Notes under the pieces: model-generated | Told to the model about the DNA's origin: nothing | The model's database searches: none | Seen by the model: only the letters and a program-made list of their open reading frames with translations | In this document: positions 22,450 to 36,971 of the stretch, in pieces | Layout: each line of letters starts with the position of its first letter | How positions within the stretch are numbered: the first letter of the stretch is position 1 | Assembly: GCA_951804945.1 (NCBI GenBank) | Contig: OX638152.1 | Coordinates: forward strand, 63,922,001-63,986,000 | From: Podarcis cretensis | Lineage: Eukaryota | DNA length: 64,000 nt | Direction: 5' to 3' | Position numbers and translations under genes: made by a program

Positions 22450-24449
22450 GGGTAAATGAAGCTCAACCTGTGCATCTGGGTCCTGCTGTCTAGCATTCAT
22501 TCGGGCCCTAATTGTACCCACAACTACCCACAAGCCTCAAGCTATGGGTCATCAAGGTTGAGCTTACTTTATTATTGTGTGATGGTGGTGGTGAGTCGCA
22601 TGTAAGCATTTCTTTCCATTAAACATTTCTACAATAATCTGCTTAAGCTTCATGATTTGGAAAAGTCTCATGGATTACCACATGACATCTTCCTCTGAGC
22701 TCTGTTTTTAGCATGGAAAACCAAGGAGGTTGGCTGGCTACTGAGCACCTGATATCAGTGTGACCACAAGTTTTATTTTTAAGGAAGTTGTTCTTCTTCT
22801 TATTATTTTAAATAATCCTCACTGATTTCTTTGAAAGTAAAGAGACTTCATAAAAGATGACAAAGAACAGTGGCCAAACAAAGAACAGGTAGCCCCCATA
22901 CATTCCCAAGCTTACAGGAAAGACCAGTTAAGCATATCAGAGTTTTTTTCTGGAAATGTTAGCACTCAAGGATATTGCAAAGTGCAGACCACTGAAGAGA
23001 TCATTTGCAGAATGAGACAAAGGGCAGTCACAAAATGCTCCTTAGCTACAGTACCTTGAAAGTAAAATAAGCACAACAAAATCCTTGCACCTACCCATGA
23101 GAATTTCACTAAACGTCTCCTTTTCAGCATTTTTCAATACAGTATCTTTTCCCATAAATTGATGGAAAATGGTTGTGCGGGGGTAAATGCTGGAATCTTT
23201 TTTTCAGCAGAGCACTAGCTTAAAGAGAGGACTTGAAATTTAATTTGGCTTAGTTGCATTGAAGTCAACTAAATCAGGACTAATTCAAGCATTCTCTCCT
23301 AACTGATGCATGGATTGCACTTGATAGCGATCATAATGAGTTGGTAAATTTTAAAATGTATTTGTATATAAAACCACGAATGAACGGACATTGACGAATA
23401 CTTTGAACTTTTATTTTATCCAAATAAATAACATGAGCCTCTGCACTCATTCATTATTCATTATCATATTTAATTCATTGCAGTGCATTTATAAAACATT
23501 CAAATGACTTACTACAGATGTTTCTGTTTGCTGGAGCAGAATGTCTCAGAATTTAGAAATTTGCTTAGGAATTTAGATCTGGGAACCTCTGGAACCTCTA
23601 GGTACACCTCTGTCATTCATGTGACAAATCTGCATATGTTGCTTTGTTTGGTGAAATACATGGAGAATTACATATTCCAGCTTCAAATATTCTTTACAGC
23701 AAGGATAGCTAACCTGTGGCTCCCATCTGCCCCGACTCCCATCTGCCCCATCCAACATGGCCAATGGTCAGGGGTAGTGGAAGTTGCAGTTCAACATTTG
23801 AAGGGCTATCCCTGCCTCACAGGATGCATTCAGTTTTAGAAAATGCACAACTTAGAGCCAATGCAAGCCAAAGCATGAATGACAGAGCTAAAGAATGTGG
23901 GCTATTATCTTAATATAACACATCGGCAGTGATGCTTTTGTTCTTTGCATTTCCTTAGATCTGCCTTGTTAAACACACATTTGCATCTAAAAGCAAACAA
24001 AGATCATGTCACTCTAGCCTTACAAGGAAGAAATTGTTGCTGAAGGATTCCTAGTGCCTTCTCAGTTTTCTAGTTGATACTGAAAGCACACTTCCTGAAT
24101 GTCACGTTTCAATCAAACTGAATAATCTCAGGCTTTCCGGGAAAGTGAGTGGTTCAGAGTTTCTGGTGGGTTTTATCTAAATTATTTAATTCTTTGGCAG
24201 TTTACAGGAATTAATAAAAGCAACATAAACACTTGTTAGGCAGTGTCATCAATGTATATGGTATTTATTAAGGTGTTCATTGGCTCTATGTGAGCCCTGA
24301 GTTATGCAATGAATCAGGGTGATTCAGGGAAGATTTGTATGCTTCTGAGTTGAATGGAACCGTTAATAAATAAGTCAGCGCAAGTCGGAACAGGGACTCC
24401 TGATTCCAGATTGCTTCATGACACTGATTGTCCTAAAACATGCAGAATG

Positions 24450-24660
24450 ATCCGTTCTTAAACCAAAGCATTCTTAAACTAAGGTGTGCTTTCCCATAGC
24501 AGCGGGGGACTCAATTTACAAATGGAACACACTCAACAGGAAACAGAACATGTTCTGCTTCCAAGGCAAAGTTCACAAACCAAAACACCTACTTCCGGGT
24601 TTGAGCGTTCTTAATCCAAGTTGTTCATAAACTAAACTGTTCTTAAACCAAGGACCGCTG
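24450..24660. mobile_element. Truncated Tigger-like MITE
   Basis: Repeated gttcttaaacc motifs shared with 14172-14481. Ends ...aaccaaggaccgctg|ta. Confidence 0.65.
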
Positions 24661-27508
24661 TATTCTCTGATTTCAAATGGTCTACTCTGAGCATGACTTT
24701 CATGAATACAACCCATGTTTTCTCAGATCACTTTTAAGTGAGAATGTGTATATATCTGATAAATTTTGAGGCAGAAGTGTCAGGCTTCAAGGGACCTCAT
24801 TACAGTGCCATTTATGCTCTGCCCCTTGTAGAGCTGCCTATGCTCCATCCCTCTTGGCTACACCAACACCCCACCCTATCCCCACAACAAGACAACTTCC
24901 ATGGGCTGCTGCTCACCACCCTCTCTCTCAGGCATTTCAGCAGTGGGTGGGAGGCACGGCCACTTTTAAATGGAAGCCAAGCTCAGTTCTCATCTTTGGT
25001 GGTTGCCTAACATGTTTAATTACCAAAAATGTACTAACCTGCCTCACAGACCTAGGTAGGTAGATAGATAAGAAGGAAGGAACAGATAGCTGTCAAACTG
25101 CTGACCCCCCCCCCCTTCCAAGCCTCCATATTATAACCATGGCAGAAGTAAAGCATCTCTCAGAAGGGAAGAAGCTCCAAGCTTCCTGTGGAGTCCCAGA
25201 TTAGCTGGCTCTCTCCCAATGCAAAGGATCTTGCAGAAACCCAAAGTCTAGCTTGGCAACAGCCCTTTCAGACTTTACCCTGTCCTACTTTTCTTGCAAA
25301 GTATCATCGTGGTTGTTGTTTTTTAAAGGAAACTAGATTACAGTACTGTATAAACCTCTTACAGTATAAAGATTTGCTCATGCTGCACTGATTTTTTTAA
25401 TTGATAAGAAATACACTTTATTATAACACAGAACATAACTACTTTATAAATATGATCATGGGACATGCAGAAAGTATAAAACAATGTAGCTGCATAAGAA
25501 CACGAATCATTCCAAAAATATAATTATAAATGAGTCTTCTAGATCACAGCTAGGATTGTCCTCAATATCACTTGATGCTCTTGCTCTTATTTTGAAAAAA
25601 AAATACTATATTTTTAATACATACTATGCTATTCTACACTGAAATGTTTAAATGATTCTTTGATTGTCCTTGAATCTTCCCAACATACTTGCCATTCTCT
25701 GCTGTCACACCCTTTGAGAACCACTGCGGGGCATACCCAGGAATATGTCTTATTCAACTTTATGGGACTTACTTCAAAGTATGCATAGCACTGCACTGCT
25801 TTCCAGTCTTTGAAGACTGTTACTGGCATCTTAGTATTGTCCAGCTTGTTGGTATATAGGCTCTAGTCCCATATCACTGTAATCTGAGATTCCACTCCTT
25901 TTTTCATCCAACTTTATCATTGTCTAAGAATTTGAATATGTTCCATCTCATGGGAAACTTCCTTTGTATAATTACTAAATACAGCGGTGGAAGGAACATA
26001 ACTGAACAGTTCAGAATCTGACACATGAAGGACATATCAGAACTAACTATTTAAGTAAAGCCAAACTTGTGAAACTTTTTCGGCCCATAGACACATGAGG
26101 AAACAAGCAAGCACACCCTGCAACCTATTCTGTTGGCTACAATGGCCTGCTTGTTTCAAGGCCAATTTCAGTGGGAGGTGGAGAGGGGACCCCATAAACA
26201 TCAGGGGTGACCTCTCTCAACATATGCACACCTGCAGGCTCTTTGCTCATGACCCCTGCATAATGGAGTTGATAGGTAGTGTTATGACACCAAACAGGAC
26301 CTACCAATAGTTTGTGCTTTTGTCCCACAGTTCTGCAGTTTTATATCATGCCAGTGTGAACTAAGCCTGTGATACCAGACACCCAGAGGGATCTGTTGAA
26401 GCCAACTGGACTTATTAGCCAAGGACATTCTGAACTGGAATGCCAGGCTGCTTTCAGATCCAGGTTTAATCCAAGTGTTTCAATTTTATCTCAAGCTTTT
26501 CACAAATGTATATGGAGGTATTGTGGAAGGAAAGAAAGCATCTTCTCCTTTCATGCTGCTGCTAAGATTGTGCAGATTCTCCAGGGACTCATATTCTAAA
26601 TAAAGTATAGTGGCTGCTCCCAGAATGATGTGTTTAGCTGAACCCTGTGTTAGCAGAGTCCAAGGCTTGTGGAGACAGATTCAGCGACTGCATGTTTAAA
26701 TGCTTCAATCTTGGGTATCTGTGGTTTTTTGGGGTTTGTTTTTTCAAAAAAGCAAACTGAAGTCAATGAGCGTTAGTGTTATACAGCATGAGGCTGTGTA
26801 GTGTGAATTGTGCAGCTATGCCACCTACAGCCACAGACAAGCATTTGTATCAGGAAAAGCAATTTTTTCCTGTCATGAAAAGCAATAACAAAGAGAAAGG
26901 CAGCCCAAAATGTGATATGTCTTTCCAGATGAGAGCTTCCCTTATTTCACTTGCAGATTTATTGCACTGAGAGATGGTATGGCTGATAGCTTTCCCCACA
27001 GCAAATGAATTGATATGTATAGTGAGATTTCCAAATACAAAGAGGCTGGAGAGAGTTGTGTACAGTATTGAAAGGATGCACACATCTCATTTTCATGCGG
27101 CTATTTAAATAGGCTTTGGCTATCAGTATTTCCAAAATACAAAGCCTAAAGGAAATGAAAGGAGTTTATTATTATTATTTATTTTATGAACTAACATATG
27201 CATGTCTAATTATTTTTAGACATATTTTGAAGCACCCAGCATAGCACTGCTACCTAAACACAATTGCACTACATTATTCTGTCCTGAATGTCATTTTATG
27301 CTTTGCCTTTATTTTCCTTATTGACGACTGTAACACTAAGGGCCCAATTCCTTTGGGCCTTAGCCCCATGCAAACTCAGTTTATTTATGTACCTAAGAAT
27401 TCACACCCCACATTTAGGCCAAAATTAGGCTCCAAGAGAGGTAGCAGGTATTACAATAATATAAAAAGATCCTATCAAAACACCACAACACAAAAATGGA
27501 AAGCTACA

Positions 27509-27700
27509 GGGAAGGACCATAGCTCAGTGGAGGAACATCTGCTTTGTATGTAGAAGGTCTTGGGTTCAATCCCTGGCATCTGCAGGTAGCGCTGCAAAAG
27601 AAATCATTGCCTGGAATCTCAGAGAGCTCCTCCCAGTCAGGGCAGACAGTCCTGACCTAGATGGACCAATGATCTGGCCCAGTATAAAGCATCCTCTTAT
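27509..27700 (+). mobile_element. tRNA(Ala-like)-headed SINE with CR1-type tail
   Basis: A box TAGCTCAGTGG, B box GGTTCAATCCC, tail ctagatggaccaatgatctggcccagtataaagc. Decayed relatives near 33420-33525 (-), 43268-43460 and 61585-61715. Confidence 0.75.
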
Positions 27701-27701
27701 A

Positions 27702-27952
27702 CAGTCGTACCTTGGATCTCAAACACCTTGGCTCCCGAACAAATCGGCTCCCAAATGATCGAAACCCAGAAGTGAATGTTCCGGTTTTCAAACTATTTTC
27801 AGAAACTGAACGTCCAGTGTGGCTTCCATGACTTCCAATTGGCTGCAGAACACTCCTGCAGCCAATCAGAAGCCGCGCTTTGGTTTTTGAACAGTTCTGG
27901 GAGTCGAACGGACTCCCAGAATGCATTCTGTTTGAGAACCAATGTAAGACTT
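27702..27952. mobile_element. Tigger-like MITE inserted at the SINE tail
   Basis: TA|CAGTCGTACCTTGG start and a degenerate end aaccaatgtaagactt|ta. Confidence 0.7.
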
Positions 27953-29598
27953 TATTTATTATATTTATATTTATATTCAACCTTCAAATATTTATAGTAT
28001 TTATAAACTATAAATATAATTTATTTATATCATCCAGAATATAATATATAACAGAGATGGGAGCCTGGGGGTGGGGGAGATAAAACATAGCTTAGCCTAA
28101 AGCCATTGTGAAATCAAAATGTCACAGAAGGAGCCAATTAGTTCTCTTCTTGAAGGAGGACCATTGACAGGAAAATGGGATCAGCAGCACTTGCAAAGGA
28201 GTGGAGGGTGCAGAAGGCATCTAAACGGTGTCCTCCTTGTATCCTGTCAATTATTTACCACAGATAGCAGTTTTTTTAGCTAGCAACATCATCTCATGTT
28301 TTATTCTTCAAACATACTGAGCTGGAAACAAATAAGTTTCTGAATTTTAACTAAAATAACTGTTCCTTTGTAATCCAGAGATGGGTCAAAGTATACCTAG
28401 CAACAAATAGGGTTCCTTCGAAACTAGCGTTACTACCTGTTGTAATTCCAATAAGGCACTATGAGTCTTCAAAGCAAGGATGCTGAAAAATGCATTGCCT
28501 TTTCTCCCTTAAAAAGAGAGCATGATGGGGTGGGGAATGTTTAAATATTGCAAATGTCAGAATTTCCAAAAAGGCTTAGTTCTTGATGTAGCCCAGTTCA
28601 GTTGGCTGGAGGTGAGAGAGCTCAGTTTCTTTTTTGATGAATTTCCAAGATAGCTCATTCCTTCTAAGGCTGCAATTTAGCTGGTAGCTCCACTTGATCA
28701 ATTGGTGAGACAGAGAGTTAAAAGAACACATTTATTTAAGGGTACCTTGTCTTTAATTGGCAAAATAGATGAATGGTTTAAAATAAAGATATTTTTTTTC
28801 TGCTGCTGCTGAAAGGATAAAGCCTTTACCTGTGGTTGCTGCTGCAAGAGACTTTTGAAGAGGCTGCTAGCCCTGATGGCTATACTCTGCCTCCATAAAT
28901 GGAAGCAGTAATGTTTCTGAATACCAGTTGCTGGAAACTGTAGGAGGGAAACATGCAAGGTCCTGCTTGTTTCACAGGCATCTGGTTGGCTGCTATGAGA
29001 ACTGGGTGCTGGACTAGATGGATCATTGGTCTGATCCAGCAGACTTTTATATTCTTATGACTTAATTCAGACATCATGCAAATAGATGGTTTGGTGCAAT
29101 GTCTCCTTGATGCAGCCAGAAGAAGTGCCGGGCAGACTGAACACAAGGGTACTAGTAGCTCTAAATCATGGTTTGGCCTATACAAGTCATGAGTCATGTG
29201 AAATTTGAATTGATAAACAAAACTGAACCAGCAAAAATGTTCATTTATTAAATAATGTCATCTCACATTTAATTAAATTTCTCAAAAAAAGCACCCATAT
29301 AATTATATCTTTAAATGATTAAAGGTGCAGTCCTACATTAAAGTAAAGTTGGCTGAAAGGCATTGGCAGTGCAAGAGCTGCTCTGCCAGTGGAAATAAAC
29401 GTATGCTGGCAGAACAATGCTTATGTCATCATAAGACCCTTGGTATGTGAACAGGAAGTTTTGCCTATGTAGCTGCTCCGATGGTTGAGCTGGAGTTGAT
29501 AGCTGGCTCCATCAATGTTTCCATTTTATTTTATTTTAAGTATGTTCCCTTGTTTGCTTGTTTGTTTATTGACTGTTTTCATAGGTCTCTCAAATGAT

Positions 29599-29771
29599 NN
29601 NNNNNNNNNNNNNNNNNNNNNNNNNNNNNNNNNNNNNNNNNNNNNNNNNNNNNNNNNNNNNNNNNNNNNNNNNNNNNNNNNNNNNNNNNNNNNNNNNNNN
29701 NNNNNNNNNNNNNNNNNNNNNNNNNNNNNNNNNNNNNNNNNNNNNNNNNNNNNNNNNNNNNNNNNNNNNNN
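29599..29771. other. Assembly gap (173 N)
   Basis: N run. Confidence 1.
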
Positions 29772-32489
29772 ACCCATAGGTACCCAGCTACGGTACTGTA
29801 ATGCACCAAAAGCTTTCTTTGTGTAAAGCCTCTCAAAGGCATAAGTTTTTTAAAAATAAAAACTGGGTCCTCTGGTGTGATGTTTTACACTTTGTTTGCT
29901 TTCTTGCTTGTTAGACAAAAGTATACCCTGCTTTTTATCACATCTGGGTCCCAAACTGACTTTAGCATTTCAGCCATAGCCATTTTGAAATGTGGCCCTC
30001 GGACAGTTGAATTTGAGTTAATGTAGCCTTCAGACTGAAAAGGGCTAGCCACCCCAATTTTTGACATCCAAGTCATAACACTGCATTCTCTCTTAGTCCC
30101 TCGCCTTGTAATTTGCATGGATATTATTCATATTTACTCATTGCCTACTATGCATGGTCCACAAATGCCAGAGGGAAAGACTGTGTTTGTTTGTTTGTTT
30201 GTTTGTATTTGCAGAGGATGGGAGAGTTTTGGACTTTCCTCTTTGCTGCTAGGTAGTCGTACTGCATGGCATGAAGAATAATAGAAAATACTTCTTTCGT
30301 TCAATAAAGTCTACACAGCTAGAATTGGGTAGGGAAATCCTCATTTCTTTCATCAAAAAAGAAAAGAAAAGCTTTAGGGAGTAACAGCGCATCACTTATA
30401 TATTTACTGATGTGGAGAATGCTAGAGCAAGGTCTAAGGGAACAGACCCCAGACTGGATACAACATGTCCAGTAAAATGCTGGAAGGCATAGCTCTAACT
30501 TGGAGATGTAGCCAGACAGGTGTCAAATGTCAGAACAGCCTGAACTTTGCCAGAGAAAAAGCATCCCTTCATTTCTGTAATTTTGCTTTAGGCTTTTTGT
30601 GCTGGATATTTAGAGATTTCGAGGCATCATACTGGTACCATTCCTAAAACAAAACCAAAAGAAGTACCGTAATTAAAACATTTAGCTACTTATGTAATAA
30701 GTGTATTCTTATATTATTTGGGAATAAATACTATGCTTTACCTGACACAAATGCTAGACTTTCCCAGCATAGGTTTGAGCTCATCTAGGGACCTCCATAA
30801 ATTAAAGTGCCTTTGTTATCATTCACTCCAGCCACTGCTCCCCCCTTCCAATCTCTCTCATAGGTCTGAAGGGTTATTTTTATGCACTTGTACAGAATGA
30901 TGCCACATCAACTCAGGTGAAACATGCCAGGAGGGCCCTGCTGGGAAACATAATAAATTGAGAAAGTGGTGGGAAAGTCACTTTGGACACAAATCACAGT
31001 AGCTGTCTTGAGGAAAGAGATCTGTGGGAAACTTAGTGTGCCTTAGCAAGTGAAGTCCATAATTCCAGACAGCTGAATTATGGAGCTCAGAGCCAAATGC
31101 TGAGGTAGCAGATTTGTTTCTATGTCCAGCCTCCAATACTTATACAAGAAAACAGGATGGAGAAAATGGGTTGCCTGCCTGACTAAAGATATATTATTCA
31201 CCATCAAACTGTTGTCCTATATCCTCCAATGCTTTACTTAGTGTGGGCCACTGGGTTGGATGGTTTGAGTTTTAGAAGCTGACTCGGACCATCATTTGAA
31301 GTGCAAAGCCTCTTGCAATTAATGACAAAACCAAGCAAAATAATTTACTCCAGAGATTTGACTCTCTATTAGTTTTGCAAGCCACTGAGACTAATCGGTT
31401 GATGTTGTCTTTTCAAAATCATCCTAACAGCCTCCTGCCTATTGTTTTAGCTTTGCCAGCAAATCTTTCGAATGATGATGATAAGGGCCCAATTGCATGT
31501 GACATGGGAGATTAGTAATTGAATTGCCCAATGTCTTTAGCCCTCTTGTGTTGATTGCAGAAAGGGAACTCTCCATGCACAGATGTCCACAGGAATGGAA
31601 CTTGCACGCAAGCAACTTCTCACATGCATAGATCAATATGTAAAATCCCAAACACAGGACCAGTGATATGAAACTTCTCCCCAGTCTTTGGGCTGAGCCC
31701 CTTTCTTGTACTTAATGTGTAGAGGAGGCTAATTTCTTTTGCAGACATCATCCAGTGAATCATTATAATTTGGATTGAAATTTTGAAGGTAAAGGAGAGA
31801 GGTTTAGCTCTTTTCCCATGCTGATTTCCTGATATAATTTACCTCACTATTAACCACAGAGGCAAAAATATGTAAGTCCGGGTACTGTGTCTATATTTTC
31901 CACTCACAGCTAGGGATGAGCAAATTTGTCAGTTCTGGTTTCTCTCTGTTTTCCTCTCCACCTTCAATCTTAAATTCAGTTCTCCGTGTTTGCTCATCAG
32001 TGCCACCATGCTGAACACAACTGCTGCTTGGCCACCTCCAGTCACATGTGTTAACTCTGAGCGTTGGCGGGGTATGGAGGGGAGAAGGAGATGCCTGCAG
32101 TCTCCTTTCCCCACTGACCATATGCTCAATTAGGTTTTTAACTCCTAATTAAACTGTGTACCCCCAACTGATTTCAGAGCCCAGATCCAGGTCAGGTAAG
32201 CCCTGGATTACTTCTAGTGGGACTGGGGTCCAAATTGAATGAAGGAGTTAGTGCACCAGGGGTGGACTTTGGTATTTCCAATTTCAGCACTGCCTGCGTG
32301 AGCCCAAAATTCGGCACCCCACCTCTTGTCTTCTATTTTGTACATGCATTACTTCATATTTGTGACATTCTGCAGTGTCCCCCTTGGCTCAGGGCACAGT
32401 GTGGGGAATCGGTCATGCTGCCCTAAATCTACCTCTGCAAGCACAGCTCTAAACCACTGATGTTTGTAACTTCTAGGCTTGGGCTTGTA

Positions 32490-32695
32490 CAGTAGAACCT
32501 TGGGTTGCGGACGGAGGCAAGTCTGCAACCTGCAGCGTTTGTAACCTGCAGTGCCGTGTCTGTCGCAATTTGGCGCTTCTGCGCATGCGCAAGCGGCGAA
32601 ACCCAGAAGTAACCCTTTCCAGTACTTCCAGGTTTCCCGCAGTCCACAACCTGAAAACACGTAACCCGAAGCATTTGTAACCCGAGGTACCACTG
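32490..32695. mobile_element. Tigger-like MITE
   Basis: TA|CAGTAGAACCTTGGGTT...AACCCGAGGTACCACTG|TA. Confidence 0.85.
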
Positions 32696-32703
32696 TATTG
32701 CGC

Positions 32704-33046
32704 AGGGACCCCTGACCATTAGGTCCAGTTGTGACCGCCACTGGGGTTGCGGCGCTCATCTCGCTTTATTGGCCAAGGGAGCCGGCGTACAGCTTCCGGG
32801 TCATGTGGCCAGCATGACTAAGCCGCTTCTGGCGAACCAGAGCAGCGCACAGAAACGCCATTTACCTTCCCACCGGAGCAGTACCTATTTATCTACTTGC
32901 ATTTTGATGTGCTTTTGAACTGCTAGGTGGGCAGGAGCAGGGACCAAGCAACAGGAGCTCACCCCGTCGCGGGGATTCAAACCGCCAACCTTCTGATCGG
33001 CAAGTCCTAGGCTCTGTGGTTTAACCCACAGCGCCACCCACGTCCC
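32704..33046 (-). mobile_element. Sauria SINE (near full length)
   Basis: Minus-strand head GGGACGTGGGTGGCGCTGTGGGTTAAACC, body aagtagataaataggtac, tail ...ggtcaggggtccct. Confidence 0.92.
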
Positions 33047-34251
33047 TCTTTATTTAAATATATATTAACATTAAAGGGACCTTATGTTGAAACCTCCACT
33101 ACATATCAGGTCTCTATCCTGCCCCCTTGTTGTCTTCTCTGTTAAGCCCTCCTAATGGCTTGCCATTTTTTGCACGCCGAAGCCTCTCTTCTTCTGTTCA
33201 TGGCCCCTTGTTCATGGCCTAGTCCTTCATTTATGTCTCTTCTTTTGACCATAAGGTTTTGCTTCCCCATTAGTATGTGCTGTGCCACCTCCACCCTGAT
33301 CTGATGCTTCCTTTCCATGTGGCAGCTCATTTGCAGTTACTGTATACTTTGTCCAGTGATGATGGATGGCTATAGCCAACTGGTAATTGATTTAGTAGAG
33401 GAGACAAGAATATGGTCCAGTTCTTCTCCAGGTCAGGGAACATACCAAGCCCTACCTAGAAATGCCAGAGATTAAATCTTCTGTGTGCAACACAGATGTT
33501 CTGCTGCTGACCAATGGCCCTTCCCCATATTAAGGATATGTGGCCCAACTCACCTGCGTTCAAATACACTGTTGCCTGTGTTTCTGAAAAATAATTAAGC
33601 ATAATGATCAAGAAGTGGCCCATGTAAGAAAGGTAGTGTCAGGCTATTCTGATGATGGGGAAATTAAATCCATTTACCTTTGCAGAGGGAAAATGGTTAT
33701 GAGAGATATTTAAGGTGGCTTAAATCATTCAGCTTTTTTCAGTAGCTGTCAACAACAAAGACATTAAGACTTCATTTGCAAGCTTTATCTTTAATGTAAA
33801 ATGGCAGCAATTGACATTTAAGAATTGTCTGGTAGAATGCCTTGCATTATACAGGCGAAATCCAGGAAGTGCTAATGCTGAATGAATAGTCAACATCTTT
33901 CATCTGTCACCATCCAACAATTAGTTCTTGTTTACAAAATAGATGGCCCACCTGATCTTACCTTCCCAGTTTCTGATTTTATCCTGGAATGTCCCACTTT
34001 TCCTTAGGACATCCCTATTTTCTTCTGAGAAATATTAGAGGGTATGGAGTTATCCGACCCCTGAACTGTCTGAAGGCAGCCTGTATAAGGGTTTTTTAAA
34101 ATAAAAAAAATAAGTTTATTGGCATAAATGTATAATGTTTTATTTTGTTTTTAAATTTGTTGGAAGCAACCCAGTCAGATGCGCAGGGTATAAATAGTAA
34201 AATTATTATAGTTGTTGTTGTTGTGGAATAGGACACCCCTAAATTCATCAA

Positions 34252-34598
34252 GGGAAGTGGGTGGCGCTGTGGTCTAAACCACTGAGCCTAGGGCTTGCCG
34301 ATCGGAAGGTCAGCAGTTTAAATCCCTGTGACGGGGTGAGCTCCCATTGCTTGGTCCCAGCTCCTGCCAACCTAGCAGTTAAAAAGCACGTCAAAAAGCA
34401 AGTAGATAAATAGGTACTGCTCCGGCGGGAAGGTAAACAGCATTTCCGTGCGCTGTTCTGGCTTCACCAGAAGCGGGTTAGACATGCTGGCCAGAAAAAC
34501 TGTCTGCAGACAAACATCGGCTCCCTCAGCCAGTAAAGCGAGATGAGCGCTGCAACCCCAGAGCCGTTCACAACTGTTAGGGGTCCTTTACCTTTTTA
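34252..34598 (+). mobile_element. Sauria SINE (full length)
   Basis: tRNA-like head, conserved body, TTTACC-type tail. 13-bp TSD CCTAAATTCATCA at 34238-34250 and 34599-34611. Confidence 0.93.
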
Positions 34599-35776
34599 CC
34601 TAAATTCATCAGAGAAATGTTAGAGGATATTTAGGTGTTAGGGTAAGTGTTGGGAGCAGTGTACACTAGTGTACACTAGTGGTGCAGTTTTTTCCTGTAA
34701 AAAGTCACATTTTTGTACATTAAGGTCATGACAGCAAGAACAAGTGAAGGACAGGTTATTGTTTAAATTGTGGGGAAATGTTATAAAATGAAGGAAATGG
34801 TAAATGGGTGAGTTGCAAAAGGCCCTTCTTATGGACAGCCCCCCCTCCCTCCAAGTATGCCTTGTGTGTAAGATGTGTTCGTTATTCATATGAAAACTAA
34901 CTGCAGCTGCTCAATTAATGTGCCATGATAAATATGAAATTTACATCCTTCACACCAATTTAGTTACAAAATAATTAATTTGATTCCAATGTTAAATTAA
35001 GTATGGCAAGGAGGTTTTAGATTAAAGTAAAGACAGGAGGCGAGGGGCGGGGGGGCGGAGAGAGACACACACAGACTGCAGCTTTGGAAAGCCTGGAGCG
35101 TATTTTGCACTGCACCTTGGAACAAACAGCTTCAACTAAAGAGTTAGTTAGCCTCTCTCTTTGATGGCTGCATTACCAAGTCAGAGTCTTCGGGGCCTCG
35201 TGAGGCTCAATGACAGAGAATATTGTAGTAGCTAGATGTAGGACACATAGAATTCAGACTTTTTGATCAAGTTGTAATAAACAGCTTTAATTAACTGGGC
35301 TTCCCAAGGGGATTAAAGAGAAATGAGGAACTCGGTTTTTAAGAGTTGAACCTCTTGTCTCTGTTACGTGCATTCAGCCAGTTTACAAACAGGATCCTCT
35401 GAGGGCTTGCTTCGGTGGAAGCTGAGCGGACAGTACAATTGATATATACTCTTGTTTGGATTCATATAGAAAGCTCCAGGCACTACCTGTGTTTGAGAGC
35501 AGTAATTAAACAGAAGACTTCCTTCTCCTGTTCCCTCCTTGCCTCCAGAGTACATCTGTTGAATTGCAATGGAAAGGCAGAGATGGTTGAAAACGACAGT
35601 CTCCAATATCCATACGCATTCCTTTCTTTCTTTTTATATATAAAAAAAGCTATATTGGTATTCTGTTAAGAAACTGTAAATTAGTCTGAAGTATTTTTAG
35701 TAAGTTGGGTGGGGAGAAAAATGTTTACATTTCCCATACTGTTTCAGCAGGAATAGAAGCAAAATCATATGAGATT

Positions 35777-35915
35777 GCTCAGTCAGTAGAGCATGAGACT
35801 CTTATATGTGGGTCCTGAGTTTGAGCCCCACACTGGGCAAAAGACTCCTGTCTTGCAAGGAGTTGGAGAGATGGTCCTTATGGTCCTTTCCAGCTCTACA
35901 ATTCTATGATTCTAT
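35777..35915 (+). mobile_element. tRNA-Lys(CTT)-headed short SINE with CR1 tail
   Basis: gctcagtcagtagagcatgagactctta...ttgagccccacactgggc resembles tRNA-Lys(CTT). Ends ttccagctctacaATTCTATGATTCTAT (CR1 octamer). Confidence 0.75.
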
Positions 35916-36784
35916 CAAAGACATCTCTTCATTAGACACAGAATCAAACTTTAGGCTCTTAACTGCAGAGGCATATAAAAAGCTTGATTCCATAAGCCCC
36001 CAAATTATTCTGTTTAGGAGAATATTTTTTGCCCTGCCAGCACCCCACTTTGGTGCATGAGAAGAAGAGAGGGGGAGAGTTTAGCATTTTCTATCCATCT
36101 TGTGTAGGCCCAATTTAGCAAACTCTGATATATTCATGTTTTAAGGTACAAAGATTGGAAGCAAATGGTTTATTTCAAAGCCAAAATTTTATATAAATCT
36201 TGGACCTTATATAAGCTTTCAGTTGCTACTCCTACATGAAAATATGCAAGATTTAAAGCAAACCCTTGTATCATATTTCAAGCTTTCTACTACATTTTGT
36301 TCATGCTACAGTTCCAATCGATTGGTTCAAAAAGCATTAGTAATATAGAAATCAAATCATTCTGTTTGACTTTTTTTCACCCAGGCACCACAGACAAATG
36401 TTTAATTTGCCTTTCAGCTGTACCTCTGAAAAGAAATATTTATAAAACCTATCAGTCGCCCTCAGCTTATCCCAAGCTTGAAAAGATGTTAGAGTAAAAG
36501 GTCCCATATTAACTGAATTGAATTGGGTAAACTAATCTCCAATATCTTAAATCTTCACATGGCTTTTACAGAGCTTCTATTCTCCATGGGTATTAATGCT
36601 GCTTCACAACTTCACAGAGGAAACAAAAACTTTAAATTTCAGGAAAGATTTTCTCTTTTGATTTCTTGAAACTATCAAGTCTTTCATATCATGCCAAAGA
36701 TTTGGGTTACCTATTTATTCATTTTGTAAAAGTTGCATTGCTGTTTAAAAATATTAATAATATATTATATTCAGGAACATTATA

Positions 36785-36971
36785 CAGTGGTACCTTGGAT
36801 TACGCTACCTTTGGGTAACGTAATTTCGGGTTGCGAACATGTCAAACCCAGAAGTATATACTTCTGGGTTTTGCCGCGCGCGTGCACAGAAGCGGTGCCT
36901 CTGGATATGGACTTTTCGGGGTAAGTACGGACCCCCGGGACGATTTAAGTTCATATCCGGAGAGTCCACTG
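36785..36971. mobile_element. Tigger-like MITE
   Basis: TA|CAGTGGTACCTTGGAT...TCCGGAGAGTCCACTG|TA. Confidence 0.8.

Noticed and set aside
29515-29842. ORFs containing long X runs
   Set aside because: Artefacts of the N gap.
34659-34682. Tandem palindromic 10-mer AGTGTACACT x2, and other small hairpins or tandem copies (41230-41269, 58478-58511, 59513-59553)
   Set aside because: Short enough to arise from slippage, template switching or decayed MITEs. No further support.
35777-35840. Functional tRNA-Lys gene (likewise the tRNA-like heads near 7340-7406, 27515-27580 and 39595-39666)
   Set aside because: Stems and B boxes are disrupted or the head runs directly into a SINE body or LINE-type tail. 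These are SINE heads.
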